A stretch of DNA of 64,000 nucleotides from Carcharhinus amblyrhynchos (GCA_965287045.1 OZ336876.1:22196001-22260000), one strand, 5' to 3'. Counted from the stretch's first letter, positions 11,980 to 24,457 are shown. Made by a program: numbers and translations. The notes: generated by a model not told the origin, from the letters alone.

Positions 11980-13245
11980 TGTTTGCTGGAGCAGACGAGT
12001 GAAGGAGCAGAGAGAGAGCTAAGATTTTACCTGTTAAAAACCTGTTTAAAATAAGTTTAAAGCACTTTGTTCTTTGTAGAACTGTTTAAAGCATTTATTT
12101 ATTGTATTTACTGCTTTAAGAATTCTGAGGGAGTGGTTAGCAGGCAGTTGTGGGCCATCAGATTTAAATCAGCGCCAGGTTTAAAAGGAGGCCTGGTGTA
12201 GACAGCGGGCAGCGTCTGAGCGGGCAGTGGAGTGAGAGGGAAGCAGAGTGAGCTACTAGGGCTTAATATCAAAAAGGGCTGGAAGGAAAAAAGGCCAGGT
12301 GAGTTTGTTTGAAAAACAAAAAAAACAAAAAAAAAAAAATTTTTTCAAAACTACTACAGTGAATAATGGAGGGGCATGTGATGTGTGGTTTCTGTATGAT
12401 GTGGGAACTGGTGGACCCTAGGGTTCATCCCAGTGACCATGTCTGCAGTAAGTGCAGGTTGCTGGAGGAGCTCCAGCTCAGGGTAAATGAGCTGGCCTCT
12501 GAGCTACAGACATTGAGGCTCATCAAGGGGAGAGAGGGTGCCATTGTCAATGGGGTGCAAGTGACATCCACCCCCCCTAGACTGGCTAACTCTAAGGGTC
12601 AGGGACAAGAGGGGGCTACTGGGAAGAGGAAGGGGGGTGAGGAGCGGAAGCCTCAACCTCTTAATCTGCATAACAGGTTTGAGGTTCTTGCTTCCAAGTT
12701 GGACAAGAACGCGGCAGGTGAGGTTGGTGAGCAAGCTACACAGCAGAGGAGGTTTACTAGGCTGATACCGGAGTTGAGGGGGTTGAGCTATGAGGAGAGG
12801 CTGAATAAACTGGGCTTGTACTCGTTAGAGTTTAGAAGAATGAGAGGAGATCTCATTGAGACGTATAAGATGATGAATGGGATGGATAGGATCGAGGTGG
12901 AAAGACTCTTCCCGCTCAAAAAAGACAATAGGACTAGGGGGCACAGCCTCAAGATAAAAGGGGGGCAGTTTAGAACGGAGTTGAGGAGGAACTTCTTCAC
13001 TCAAAGGGTGGTGAATCTCTGGAATTCTCTGCCCGTTGAAGTGGTGGAGGCTGCCTCGCTAAATATTTTTAAGACGCGGGTTGATGGGTTTTTGATAGGA
13101 GAGGGGATTAAGGGTTATGGGGAGAGGGCGGGAAAGTGGAACTGAGCAGCGACAGATCAGCCATGATCTTATTGAATGGCGGGGCAGGCTCGAAGGGCTG
13201 GATGGCCTACTCCTGCTCCTATTTCTTATGTTCTTATGTTCTTAT
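11980..13245 (+). mobile_element. Internally deleted CR1: 5' UTR, ORF1 N-terminus fused to RT C-terminus, 3' UTR and tail
   Basis: 5' UTR-like leader, ORF 12366-13145, then a 3' end nearly identical to 47115-47614 with (TTCTTATG)n tail. Confidence 0.88.
12366..13145 (+). CDS. 259-aa CR1 ORF1 zinc-finger/coiled-coil fused in frame to the ORF2 C-terminal domain
   Basis: N-terminal CGFCMMWE...HVCSKCRLLEELQLRVNELASELQTLR; junction at ~12742 into QRRFTRLIPELRGLSYEERL...; no stop codons. Confidence 0.75.
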   Translation: MEGHVMCGFCMMWELVDPRVHPSDHVCSKCRLLEELQLRVNELASELQTLRLIKGREGAIVNGVQVTSTPPRLANSKGQGQEGATGKRKGGEERKPQPLNLHNRFEVLASKLDKNAAGEVGEQATQQRRFTRLIPELRGLSYEERLNKLGLYSLEFRRMRGDLIETYKMMNGMDRIEVERLFPLKKDNRTRGHSLKIKGGQFRTELRRNFFTQRVVNLWNSLPVEVVEAASLNIFKTRVDGFLIGEGIKGYGERAGKWN

Positions 13246-13448
13246 TAAGACCCTTGTTTATATCTGACTCAGTGATTTTATGTGCTTTAATTTAAATATT
13301 GGACAAAGAAGAAGTACAGTACACTCGTTTACAGGCGTCCTGTGAATCTTAGCACCTCACCGCAATGCAGAAATGGAGCATTTTGTTGACACAGATACTC
13401 TGCAGGTTCTGTATCACATTTACCATAAGAATAAATTACTAACATAGG

Positions 13449-13760
13449 AGGTCTTGTGGAGCAGTGGGTTGAATCCCTCCCTCCGTGCCAGAAGTTCTAG
13501 GATCAAGTCCCATCCCAGGACTTGATGGCCAAGGAAAGCACGTTCACTGGAGTATCAACCCACCAGAGTCTCCCAACATGCCAACGGCAGGTGATAAGAT
13601 TGTGAGAGACTACTGGTTGGTCATGCTTGGTGTGGAGTAGTGCCATTCAAACTATAAGCCTCTGATGACAGCCTAGCAACCCGACCCAGGTAAAAAAACC
13701 TCACTATAGAGTCAGCTAAAAGTCTGCCTTGTGCACCACTCGGGTGGAAAGAGAAACAAA
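13449..13760 (+). mobile_element. tRNA-derived SINE, second family
   Basis: Head gaggtcttgtggagcagtggg...ggatcaagtccc with A/B-box-like motifs; homologous copy at 62063-62345. Confidence 0.65.
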
Positions 13761-14492
13761 ACAAAATTACTAACGTATAATTAACTACACTGTTTAATAG
13801 CGGTTGGATCCAATTTAAGGAATGCTGCATATTCTAATATTTAAAGTTCTTGTACCATCACTGCTACTGTCACAGTTAGAATAAAATATCAGGCTTTATT
13901 TCACCAAATGACTTGAGGCAATATGCTTACCAGTATTTTTTGAATATATTCAAAAAAATGTCCAATATGAAATTAGAGTTAAATCCTACTGGTGTGTAAC
14001 ATGACTGGATAGCTGAGAATATACAGCCTTTTACGTTACTTAACTATTTTCTTCCACATGGAAATGAAGTGTACAGTTTAGTTGCCTCAGCAAGTATAGG
14101 GCAAAATATATTCTGTATTAATACTTTAGTAAAAGTAGGATCCACAAAATGTTGCCAAAACCTTTTTTTTAAACAAGGAGGGTGAATGTAATAACTCCAC
14201 AGAGGCAAAAGTCCCATCACCAAGTTACTTTATTTACACCATCCATCTGCACACAGCCAACTCTCCAGTTGCTCCCTGCTGAATGCAAGCTGGGAGTCTG
14301 ACATATCTGCTTTAAATGGGGAGCAGGAGGCTCCCTGATTTAACCATCAATTAGGACTCATCAGATAGCTCATTTGACACCAACCAAATAAACGAATTCA
14401 AATTAACAGACGGACAATTAAAAGGGGCAGCTCCCCAAAAGGAAGAGGGGAACAGCCCAAAAAAAGGCAAAGTCAGAAGGGAACTTAAAACA

Positions 14493-17400
14493 TCAAATCA
14501 AAAGGCGATAATCGGGGTCTATAATGCACCCCAGCCCCTGCGGTGCCCAGCGGGCGCGGAAGGTGTCAGTTGCGCCTGTAGACACTGCATGGTCCCTCAC
14601 CAGGGACACCTGGCTGCGAATATAGCTGTGGTAGAGGGTCAGACAGTCAGGATGGACGACCCTGTCGATCACCCGCTGCCTGGACCTGTTGATGGCATGT
14701 CTCACCAGGCTCAGGAGCAGGGACATGAGGAGGTCATCCTCCCGACTTGCCCCCCCTCCACTCCAGGCACCTGTAGGTCAGGAGCTTGGGACTGAAGTGC
14801 AGACAAAACATCAGTAAAAGATTTTTCAGGAAATTGAAAAGGGTGCGCAACCTATAACACAAGACGTAGATATGATCCACAGATTCCACAAGATTACAAA
14901 AAGGACATGCTTGGGAGCCCGTGAACCTGAAAAACCTACGGTTGTACAGAAATGCTAAGTGCAACATTTCCCCAAGATAGTGCAGGGAGATCCCTCCGTA
15001 GAGGGACCTCCACTGAGAACCTCTGCCACCTAGTGGCAACAAAGGCCTGCCAAGGTGTATCCGGCAATGGGTGTGCAGCAGCAGCCCGTACAGGAAACGC
15101 ATCCACGCAGTGGCAAAGGGCACGGAGGACATTTCCATGAGGCGACACACGCTGTGGGGGCCCTGACTGGGGGGGAGGGGGAGTCTAGGCTTGGGGCCAA
15201 TGTGTCCCATCCGAGCAGGGGAACACTCGGGCAGGATCCCACCGCACTGTTGCGCCGTCTCAAGACAGTACAACTGTTCTAAGGTCTTGGATGGCTTTGG
15301 CCACATGACGGACAGTCACCCCCACACACTCAGCCAGGAGTGGGCTGGATTCATCCAGCCCCCTCCTCCGCCAACCAGCACATCCCCGATCCTGCTCATC
15401 CCACCATCCATGGCCCTCCTTCCCACCAGCCACCTGAAGTTACACGGTTGGAGAAGCAGATTCCTCAGCAGCGGCCCTCACACGAGAGCCGCTACTCCTG
15501 ACGGGAGAGAGCTGTGTCGCGAGGTGACCATGTTCCAGACCATGACGGTAGAAGATGGACAACACCTGCATGGAGGTTGGGAGATGCCTCAGATTTACAT
15601 ACAGGAGCTGCACGTCATAATTCATGCTGTGCCACTGGCAGAAGAAATATGTCACCGGGGCACACCATTGTGGAGGAGACTCAACATCAAGGTATCTCTG
15701 CAGGGTCTGGAGGCAGAAGGTCGCTATCTGTATGTGGAGGCACACCAGACCTTGACCACCCTTCCCAAGTGGGAGAAGCAGAACCTCAGCAGAGACCCAG
15801 TGCAGTCGGTTGTCTCAGAAGAACTGGACAAGGGTTCTCTGACGCTTGTGGCAAAGTTAGGGGGAGGAATCAAAATAACCAGCCGGTACCACAACATGGA
15901 GGTGATGAGCTGGTTTACGACAGTCCTGCGCTGCGAGCAGAGACTTTGGCCTCCAACTCCTGCCAGTTCGCCAACCAGGATTCCTCAGCTGGGCAGAGAT
16001 GGACCCCCAAGTAGAGGAGGTTGGTCCTGCTCCAGGTGAAAGGCCTGCGCTCCTCCGGAAGGGGGTCCGTCTCCCATGGACCGACCAGGAGTCTGGAACA
16101 CTTGGCCCAGTTGATCTGGGCAGAGGGCGCAGCGGAGTACGCCGCCTGGCATTCTCGTATCCTCCGCAGGTCAGCCGGGTCCGTGAACATGAGGAGCACG
16201 TCATCGACGTAGGCCGACAGGACCACCCCTACGTCCGGGCCACGCAGAGTCAAACCCGACAACCTCCTGCACAAGAGGCGCAGGAATGGACAAGGGGCAA
16301 GGGGCAGCCCTGCCGTACTCCTCTCCCAAAGCAAAGGGGTGCTGTCAGGGGCCCGTTAACCTTAATTAGACACTCTGCAGCAGAGTACAGTAATCAGATC
16401 CAGGCAACAAAATGCGTCCCAAACTTGAATGTCCGCAGAGTTCCAAGTAAATACTCATGTGTGAGGAAGTGGAGGGATGGGTAAGTAAGTTCGCTGATGA
16501 CACGAAGGTCGGTGGTGTTGTGGATGGTCTGGAAGGATGTCAAAAGTTGCAGCAGGACATAAATAGGATGCAGGACTGGGCGGAGAAGTGGCAGATGGAC
16601 TTCAACACAGATAAATGTGTAGTCGTCCATTTTGGCAGAACCAATGGGATGAACGAGTACACTATCAAGGGCAGGAGTCTTAGTAGTGTTGAAGAGCAGA
16701 AGGATCTAGGGGTCCGGGTCCACAGGACTCTTAAATCGGCCTCGCAGGTGGAAGAGGTGGTCAAGAAGGTGTTTGGTGCACTGGCCTTCATTAATCGAGG
16801 GATTGAGTTTAGGGGTCGGGAGGTAATGCTGCAACTTTATAAGACCCTTGTCAGGCCTCATTTGGAGTACTGTGTGCAGTTCTGGTTGCCTCACTATAGG
16901 AAAGACGTAGAAGCTATTGAAAGGGTACAGAGGAGATTTACAAGGATGTTGCCTGGACTGGGAGGCATGCCTTATGAAGTTAGGTTGAGGGAACTGGGTC
17001 TCTTTTCCCTGGAGAGACGAAGGTTGAGAGGCGACCTGATAGAGGTTTATAAAATGTTGAGAGGAATGGATAGGGTGGATTCTCAGAGGCTATTTCCCCG
17101 GGTTGAAATGGTCGCTACGAGAGGACACAGATTGAAGGTGCGGGGAGGAAAGTACAGAAGTGATGTTAGGGGTAAGTTTTTCACTCAGAGGGTGGTGAGT
17201 GAATGGAATCGGCTGCCGTCAGTGGTGGTGGAGGCGAACTCGCTGGGGTCTTTTAAAAGACTTCTGGATGAGTATATGTGGTTTTATGGGATTGGGGGTT
17301 ATAGATAGGTGTTGACGTGATCGGCGTAACTCATGGGCCGAAGGGCCTGTTTGTGCTGTAGTGTTCTATGTTCTATGTTCTATGTTCCACCCTGTTGAAC

Positions 17401-19067
17401 GCATTCTCCTGACTGAATGCTAAGAAGGCGCTCAACAGACCAGCCCTTTGGGAATGACGGATAAGATCCCGGGTTAGATATAAATTGTCATGGATTTGCC
17501 TACCTGGTATCGTGGTCAGGCTGCATCATGTGGTCCAGCACAGACCCAAGGCACAAAGCCATTGCCCTGGCTAAGATCTTATAATCCATGCTGAGGAGGG
17601 AGACTGGGCGCCAGTTCTTAAGACACTGGAGATTCCCCTTCTTTGGCCGCAGAGCAATGATGGTCCTCGCCATGAAAGGGGCTTCTCCCTGGTAGCGATG
17701 CTCTCCCCCAGGATCCTTGCGTAGTCGTTCCCCTAGGACGTCCCAGAGCGCCCTGAAGAAGTCCAGCCCCGGGGCCTTGCCTCGTTGGAGGCTGTTGAGG
17801 GTGCCGGTCAGTTCGGCCATGGTGATATTGGCCTCAAGCCTGCCGACATCTTACGGGCTGACCACACAACTCTGTGGGCATCCTCACTGGATGGATCCAG
17901 AGAGAAGAGTGTAATAGTCTTGGGCAATAGCCCTGATGCCCTCTGGATCCTAGACCGGGGAATCATCGTCGGCCCGCAGCGTAAGGAGCTGCTGATGGTT
18001 AGCCCGCCCTTTTCCCAGTGAATAGAAGAAGGGGGAGCTGTGATCTGGGTCCACTTGGGACGAGTTACAGGTCCTGCAGCGCGTCCTTCTTCTCCCTGTA
18101 CCCCAGACGCAGGGCTGGGTCCGCGTCGGGCTGACTGAGGCGTGCCTCCAGGTCGAACAGCTCCTTCTCCAGCTCCTCGAGCCTGGATCTCCGCCTCCTT
18201 GTCGACCCCCTCGTGTACTCCTGACAGAAGGTACGGATGTGAGTCTTGCCCACATCCCACCATAGCCTCAAGGAGGGGAAGCCTCCCCGTTTCCTTCACC
18301 AGCCGGCCCAGAATCGACGGAACGAGTCCCGGAAGCGCTCGTCCTCCAGCAGCGTGTTGTTCGAGTGTCAGTACACCGACCCCCCCTGGATGCAGGATGG
18401 ACCAAATTCTGCCCACACCAAGTGGTGGAGGCCAATGGGGTGCTCGACATGTGCGCCCTCGTAATAGAGAGGCTGTAGAGTCTGAACGCTCCGCCTCCAG
18501 GCTTCACAAAAGTGGAAGTCCTGGAGTCAGGATGGAGATGTCTCCAGACGTCCATGAAGCCACGGGTCCCAAACAGGTCCCTCAACTTCACCAGCGCCAG
18601 GGCGCACAGCCAGGGGCCGGTGAGGTCCTGAGCCTCGAAGGTACAGTTGAAATCCCCCCCCCCGAGGATGATGCATTTGCCCCCTGCGATGGTGTCGAGA
18701 TGAGCGGACACTTTGTCATAGAAAGTCGTTTGTTGTGGTCCAGCAGTCGGGGCCGAGACGTTCAGGAAGTGGATGACCTCCTTGCGGATTGCCAAGTGCA
18801 GCAACCGGCCTGGCACAGGCTCCTTGACTCCCAAGATCCCTGTCTGAAAACGCGGGGCCAAGAAGATAGCCATCCCATTAGGAGCAAGCGTGAGATGGCT
18901 CTTGTAGACCCCACCCCCAGCCACTCCAGGAGCTATCGGGCTTCGTCGCTCGGGTTTCTTGCAGGAAACGCAATGCAGACTTCATCGCGGAGGACCGAGA
19001 AGTTCTGGGACCTGCGGAGCGGTTCACTGCGGGCGTTGACGTTGAGGCTGGCTACAGTCACCTTCTT
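14493..19067 (-). pseudogene. Tx1 ORF2 (APE endonuclease, RT, C-terminal Zn-finger), frameshifted and interrupted by CR1
   Basis: VTVASLNVN, ILGGGDFNCT, KNWRPVSLLSMDYKILA, AFNRVE/HEYL, LSAYVDDVLL, CPFCNLVESVDHIYVLC. Confidence 0.9.
16461..17386 (+). mobile_element. Young 5'-truncated CR1 nested in the Tx1 RT
   Basis: Uninterrupted frame SKFADDTKVGG...GYR*; (TTCTATG)n tail; splits Tx1 peptide AFNRVE|HEYL; ATGT present at both junctions. Confidence 0.95.
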
Positions 19068-19100
19068 GTCAGTAGCGTTGGGCCACCGTCACCACTTAAT

Positions 19101-21109
19101 CTAAGTGCGTGAGGGAGTGCTGGCGCAAGACGCGCCAATCCGCTCCCCCATGAGCCCGTCGAGGATACTCCTGTACCCGGCATCACTCTTTTTCAGCCAG
19201 GCCTGGCACACCCTGGCAGCAGCTCCAGGTCCGACCACGGTCGAGGGCCAGTCGGACGTTGTCAGGGCAGCCAGAGTGGTCATTGATAAAAAGGGGGGAA
19301 GAGGGGCAACTCGGTGGGGTGCATGAGGGAGTTTCCTCGCCTCGCCCCAGGCAGACCTCAAAACTGTCCCTGTCCCACCACTGAGCAGCTTATCTCTCAT
19401 GGGGCTGTCAGCCTTCGACTCTGAGCTCCCCACTGCAGGACGTACAGCGGGCGGCACGGAGACGCCAACTGGTCCTGACTCCCCGCCCGATCTCACCCCC
19501 AGGATCAGCGGAGAAAGGGTTTCCCCCCCCACCCCCGGGCTCTTCTCCCTGGGTTCGTGGGTTAGAGGGCGATGGTGGCCAAGCCCCCACCTCTGCCCCA
19601 GAAACCTCACAGATCCGGAGAACCCTCCAGTCTGAGGTGGGCAATGCCCAGCATCAGAGGTCGGTGGTGAGGAGGGGGGGTTCTTCCTCGCCACTGTCAC
19701 CCAGGGACCCAAACAACGGGGTGCTGCCGCAGTCCCCCAGCAGGCTAAATAGGAACTCTTCTGAGATGTTGAAATGCACCGGGTGGAACAGGACCGTGGG
19801 GGCCCTGCTCTCACCCCGGCCCCGGGGAGTCCCGCTCGGAGGACTGTGGCAGCATGTCTTTCCTGTTCATGCCCTTGCCATCGTCCTGGGGGCAAGGCAC
19901 GAAGACGGGCGGGGACAGCGCAGGGGATGGGACAAACGTGGAGAGGGGTGTAGGCACCTCGATCTCTAAGCTAGGGGCAGGGGGTGTGGGGACCCCCACA
20001 GGTCTCAGATTACCCCTCCCCTGAGGCGTAGTGCCTCTTCTTGAGAAGCAACCCCCTGGCAGGGGGATGCCCCTCGCACTCTGCCCCTCTCCTTCCTGCC
20101 CTGCCCCTTTGGGCTTTCCCTTTCCCTCCCCAGGAGGCGCTGTTTCTGCTGGCTCAGGTTTGCATGCCCCCCCCCACGCATTGACCCGGGAGCCTGTGCA
20201 CCCGTGACGCCGGGCCTAGCACCTGGCACTGAAGCGTCCACGGGCACGGTAGATGGTTTTGAAGGGGGCCAGAAGTGCCCTTTTTCCCCGAGGTAGCTGC
20301 CAGGGTGACTGGGGTAGTGGGAGTTGGAGTTCCGTTCCCCCCCCCCCCCCACTTTTTTGCCCTTCTTATCTGGGGTCTTCTGGTTTCATGGAAGTTCTGC
20401 TCCCAGCACCCCCCTCCACCGGCAGCCAAGATGGCAACTGCTGCCTACACAGCCTCCTCTTCCGGGGGGCCAGGTGAGACTTGGTTGGGGGGAGAGGAGG
20501 CTGCAGTGCCAGCTGCGGCGGCCTTGGAGTCGTGGCAGTTCTTTTTAACGTGCCCCACCTCCTAACAGTCATGATACCGCATACCGTCAATGGACCAGAA
20601 GACCCTGTAGGTGGTCCTCTTGAAGGGGATGTTAAAGCCCCCTCGAGACACTCTTCCCGGCCAAGCGGACATAGACCTGGCGCTGGAAGGAGTACACGTG
20701 CCTGAGGGCAGGGTCATGAGGATCGGTGCCATGCTGGACCTGACCTCCCCCAGTAGATGGAGATGAGGGATGAAGGGTGGGACGTTCGAGATGACAATTT
20801 GACGGATGGTGACCTCTGGGGGGAATGTCCCGCCGCTGTGAGCCCCTTTTCCAGGGCGAGGTGGACCACCCGTTTGGCCTTCGAAAAGAATATGGCCCTA
20901 CTCTACATCTTTGAGGCCATGACAATGGCTGAGGGGCTGACAACCCCAGCCATTGCCCGAACGCAGGTCTCAATGGTCATGTCGGGGTGGGTGTGGCACT
21001 TTACACCCAGTTGTTTGGTGCTGAGGCTGAAAGATGGCAGGGCCTTGGGAGCGGCGGGGGCTTTGGCCTCCGCCATACCTGCATAGGTGAGCCTGGAAGG
21101 CCCTGCCAT
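19101..21109 (-). pseudogene. Tx1 ORF1 (gag-like, CCHC knuckle), disrupted
   Basis: MAGPSRLTYA...GVKCHTHPDMTIETCVRAMAGVVSPSAIVMASKM; degenerate knuckle HDC*EVGHVKKNC at ~20530-20580; low-complexity C-terminal part. Confidence 0.8.
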
Positions 21110-21977
21110 GGCGACGGTGTCACTGTCACAATGTTTTCAATGGGTGCTAAGCCCACCCAAGACTGCCCAGGTGCATGGCAGGGCATACCAATGATTACTT
21201 TTTCCATGGGGTGGGGGGGGGCTTTGCAGGGAGGGGTGGGTGAGGGGCCTCTCTGGCCTTTATGACAGGCGCAGAGAGGGATAGAGAGGGAAAGGAGTGT
21301 GGGTATAATGGGAGGGGGGGTGGACATGGTGTCTCTGCCCAAGTGTTGGGGAACAGAGAGGGAATGAGGGAGGGTGGGGTGGCTGGGGGTCCAGGTGCTC
21401 TCTCCCTGGTATCAGAGAGAGAGAGAGAAGGGGACGGACGGGCAGGAGGGAGGACAAGGGACATGGCACTGAGGAGGGTTGGTGCTCCAGTCAGGAGGAA
21501 GGGGTGCCAGTGTTGGGGGCAGCAGCATTGGGTAGGGGACTTCCAATCTTCAGTCCTGTTGGGACAACCAATAAAAAATCCCGGGGGTCTTCACTCTCCC
21601 ACCCCTATAGCTTCCTGTAGTTCCCCCCCACCTTCCTTTCAGGCACGGACCTTGGATAACTGGGGACACCAGCCCAACAACCCAGTCCTTAGATGTTGAG
21701 AGCCTTCCTTTGCGGAGTGCTGTTCTCCCTCCTGCAGGTGGAGAGCATCTCTTTCCCTCCCTCCCTTCTCCCACGGACAGAGCACCTTCTGGTAGCTCCC
21801 CGCGCAGGATGGGCGGTGGATCCTACTTCCTGCCTTCCTTCCTGTGGAAATCCTTGAAGGGAAGCAAAGGGCCCCTCACCGAGCTTTCCTCTTTCCAACA
21901 GCAACAGCACCAACAGTCCACTTCTCTGCTCATAGGCAGCCATGTGAATGCAGGCCGGGAGATTGCCTGTCTATTAA

Positions 21978-22320
21978 TTAATGAGGGGCATAGACAAGTC
22001 ATTATCTTTTCCCAAAGGTAGGGGAGTCTAAAACTAGAGGGCATGGGTTTAAGGTGAGAGGGGAGAGATACAAAAGTGTCCAGAGGGGCAATTTTTTCAC
22101 ACAGAGGGTGGTGAGTGTCTGCAACAAGCTGTCAAAGGTAGAAATAGAGGCGGGTACAATTTTGTCTTTTAAAAAGCATTTAGATTGTTACATGGGTAAC
22201 ATGGGATGTGAGCCAAATGTGGGCAATTGGGATTAGCTTAGGGGTTTTTAAAAAAAGGGTGGCGTGGAGAAATTGAGCTGAAGGGCCTGTTTCCATGTTA
22301 TAAACCTCTGTGACTCTATA
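21978..22320 (+). mobile_element. CR1 3' fragment joined head-to-head with the Tx1 5' end
   Basis: taatgaggggcatagacaag...ttcacacagagggtggtgag...tgactctat; same subfamily as 59560-60195. Confidence 0.88.
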
Positions 22321-22677
22321 ACCTGCTTTAAATAGGGAGCATGAGGCTCCCTAATTTAACCATCAATTAGGACTCATCAGTTGGTTCATACTCACTAGCC
22401 TGGCTGAAGTCATCACGCTCCTCCCCCCCCGCCTCCAAAGTCCAAGGAATCCCCTCGGTTTGCTTCCCTCAGGGGTCTTTTCCTCAGCCTGAGCACCGGG
22501 TCAGCCTCTTCCAACTCGGCCTCTGATGTTGGCGGTGCGTAACAGTTGGGCGCCCGCCTCTTCTGCTGCGAATGCTGGAGGTCTGGTTCCTCGTTCACCT
22601 CAGGTGGTCGGGGAATCGCTACAGCTTCATCCCCTGTGTCCATTTTGGACACTGAAGTCCCCATCAAGAGTGCAGTA

Positions 22678-22842
22678 CTTGGGGGTGAATGGGATCAAAG
22701 ATTATGGAGAGAAAGCAGGATTAGGCTATTGAGTTGGACAATCAGCCATGATTGTAATGAATGGCAGAGCAGGCTGAAAAGGCCAAATGACCTCCTCCTG
22801 CTCTTATTTTCTATGTTTCTATATTTCTATGTTTCTACATGT
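22678..22842 (+). mobile_element. CR1 3' UTR and tail
   Basis: gatcaaagattatggagagaaagcagg...(TTTCTATG)n. Confidence 0.8.
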
Positions 22843-23551
22843 TTCATATCTCCAGAAATATTTTCCCCCCTCTGGTTCTTCAGGTTCATTCCCAGAGGAG
22901 GAATAGAGTCAGAATGATGAGCGCACCAAAGAAACATCTAATCAGAGAGAACCCACCACACAATCCGAGCTCAGATCCTACACTGTAGAAAGAACACAAA
23001 GGCATCAGATCTCTGGTAGGAATCTTCACAGAGCCCTATCTAAACTTTATTATAAAAGATAAAACGTTACGACACCAAAGACAAGGATACAGATTAACCA
23101 AAGCTGATATGTGTCTGTGCTACAAAACCCTATCACACCTAAAATACGGTGAAGCATGCAGAACATTCAATTTGCTTGTGATGGTTGTACAACAATGTGG
23201 CAATGTTACAGAATATTAACATCAGCACATTGGTGCAGAAAATTGGTTCTACAGCTAACCTTTTCATCGTAGGGAACAGAAAAATGCCATCTCCCAGGAT
23301 ACAACCATTAAAGCTCTGCTAAGTCCTCTGCACTCCAGCCTGTCACCAAGACCTGATTTTCACTTTAATGGACAGGTCTCCTGTTGTGGTGAAAATCCCA
23401 TAAATGGGCAAAATTTCTAATACCAGCCCCTGAACTCTGCATTTCCCATCTTTGTGGGAAAAGGTTAGGAGTCAGCTCATTCATGCTTACTTAATCGAGG
23501 CAACTGGTCATTTACTGAAGGCATGCTTTCACTGATTGAGCACTTATAGTA

Positions 23552-24457
23552 TAATATAGAAACATTGAAGATAGGAGGAGGAGGAGGAGGCCATTTGACC
23601 CTTCAAGCCCACTCTGCCATTCATCACGATCATGGCTGATTGTCCAACTCAATAGCCTAATTCTGCTTTTTCCCCATAACCTTTGATTTCACTCGCCCCA
23701 AGTGCTATATCTAGCCACCTCTTGAATACATTCAATGTTTTGACTTCAACTACTTCCTGTGGTAATGAATTTCACAGGTTCACCACTCTTTTGGTGAAGA
23801 AATGCCTCCTCACTTCCATCCTAAATGGTCTATCCTGAATCTTCAGACTGGTTCTCGATTCCCCCATCATCTGGAATATCTTCCCTGCATTGACCCTGTT
23901 TAATCCTGTTTAGAATTTTATAAGTCTCTATGAGATCCCCCCTCATTCATTTGAATTTGGCGAAAACAATCCTAATCTGGTCAATCTCTCTGATTTTCCA
24001 CACGAACATGAGCTGATTTTCTATATTAGGTCCAAGATTCCACATTATCCCCGTATTCAGCAATTCCCTTTGTATCTTAAAACTTATTGACCTCTGTTAA
24101 CAACTGATCATCCACAGTTCTTTGGGATAGGGAATTCCAAAGGGAAGAAATTTCCCTCCTTTCAGCCTAAATGGTTGACCCTTATTCTGAGTCTGACTCA
24201 ATGATGCTACATTCTACAGCCCAGGAAAATAATTTCTCAGCATTCACCGTTAAGCCCCTTCCAAATGTTACATGTTTCAATTCGATAGTGTCTCATTCTT
24301 TGAAACTCCAGGGAATATAGACCTAGTCTACTCAATTCCTTCTTATAGGATAATAACTTCAACCCACCAACCAATCTAATGAACCTTCATTTCACTCCAT
24401 GTAGGATACGTATGTCCTTCCTTTGATAAGGAGACCAAAACTGTACACAGTATTCCA
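23552..24457 (-). mobile_element. Two CR1 3' fragments
   Basis: Reverse-complement 3' UTR and RT C-terminal sequence (ccaaaactgtacacagtattccag = LEYCVQFW). Confidence 0.75.

Larger units (their letters stand above)
14365..21977 (-). mobile_element. Full-length, decayed Tx1-clade (L1-Tx1) non-LTR retrotransposon
   Basis: 5' UTR, ORF1 with zinc knuckle, and ORF2 with endonuclease, RT and C-terminal Zn-finger; GC-rich block distinct from its flanks. Confidence 0.92.
14187..22675 (-). mobile_element. Gypsy-type LTR (14187-14364 and 22323-22417) with PPT and integrase C-terminal tail (22418-22675), split by a large insertion
   Basis: LTR starts TGTAAT and ends catcac(g); followed by ctcctcccccccc (polypurine tract on the - strand) and a peptide ...LQHSQQKRRAPNCYAPP resembling the LRRSxRxRxxP tail of Gypsy pol. 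Confidence 0.7.

Noticed and set aside
15191-19104. Long + strand ORFs (282 aa at 15191-16039, 320 aa at 18142-19104)
   Set aside because: Antisense shadows of the GC-rich Tx1 ORF2 with no recognisable domains.
14180-22691. gggtgaatg at 14180-14188 and 22683-22691 as TSD of the LTR element
   Set aside because: Overlaps the LTR TG terminus, is too long for an integrase TSD, and the right copy lies in a CR1 3' UTR; probably chance or a deletion microhomology.
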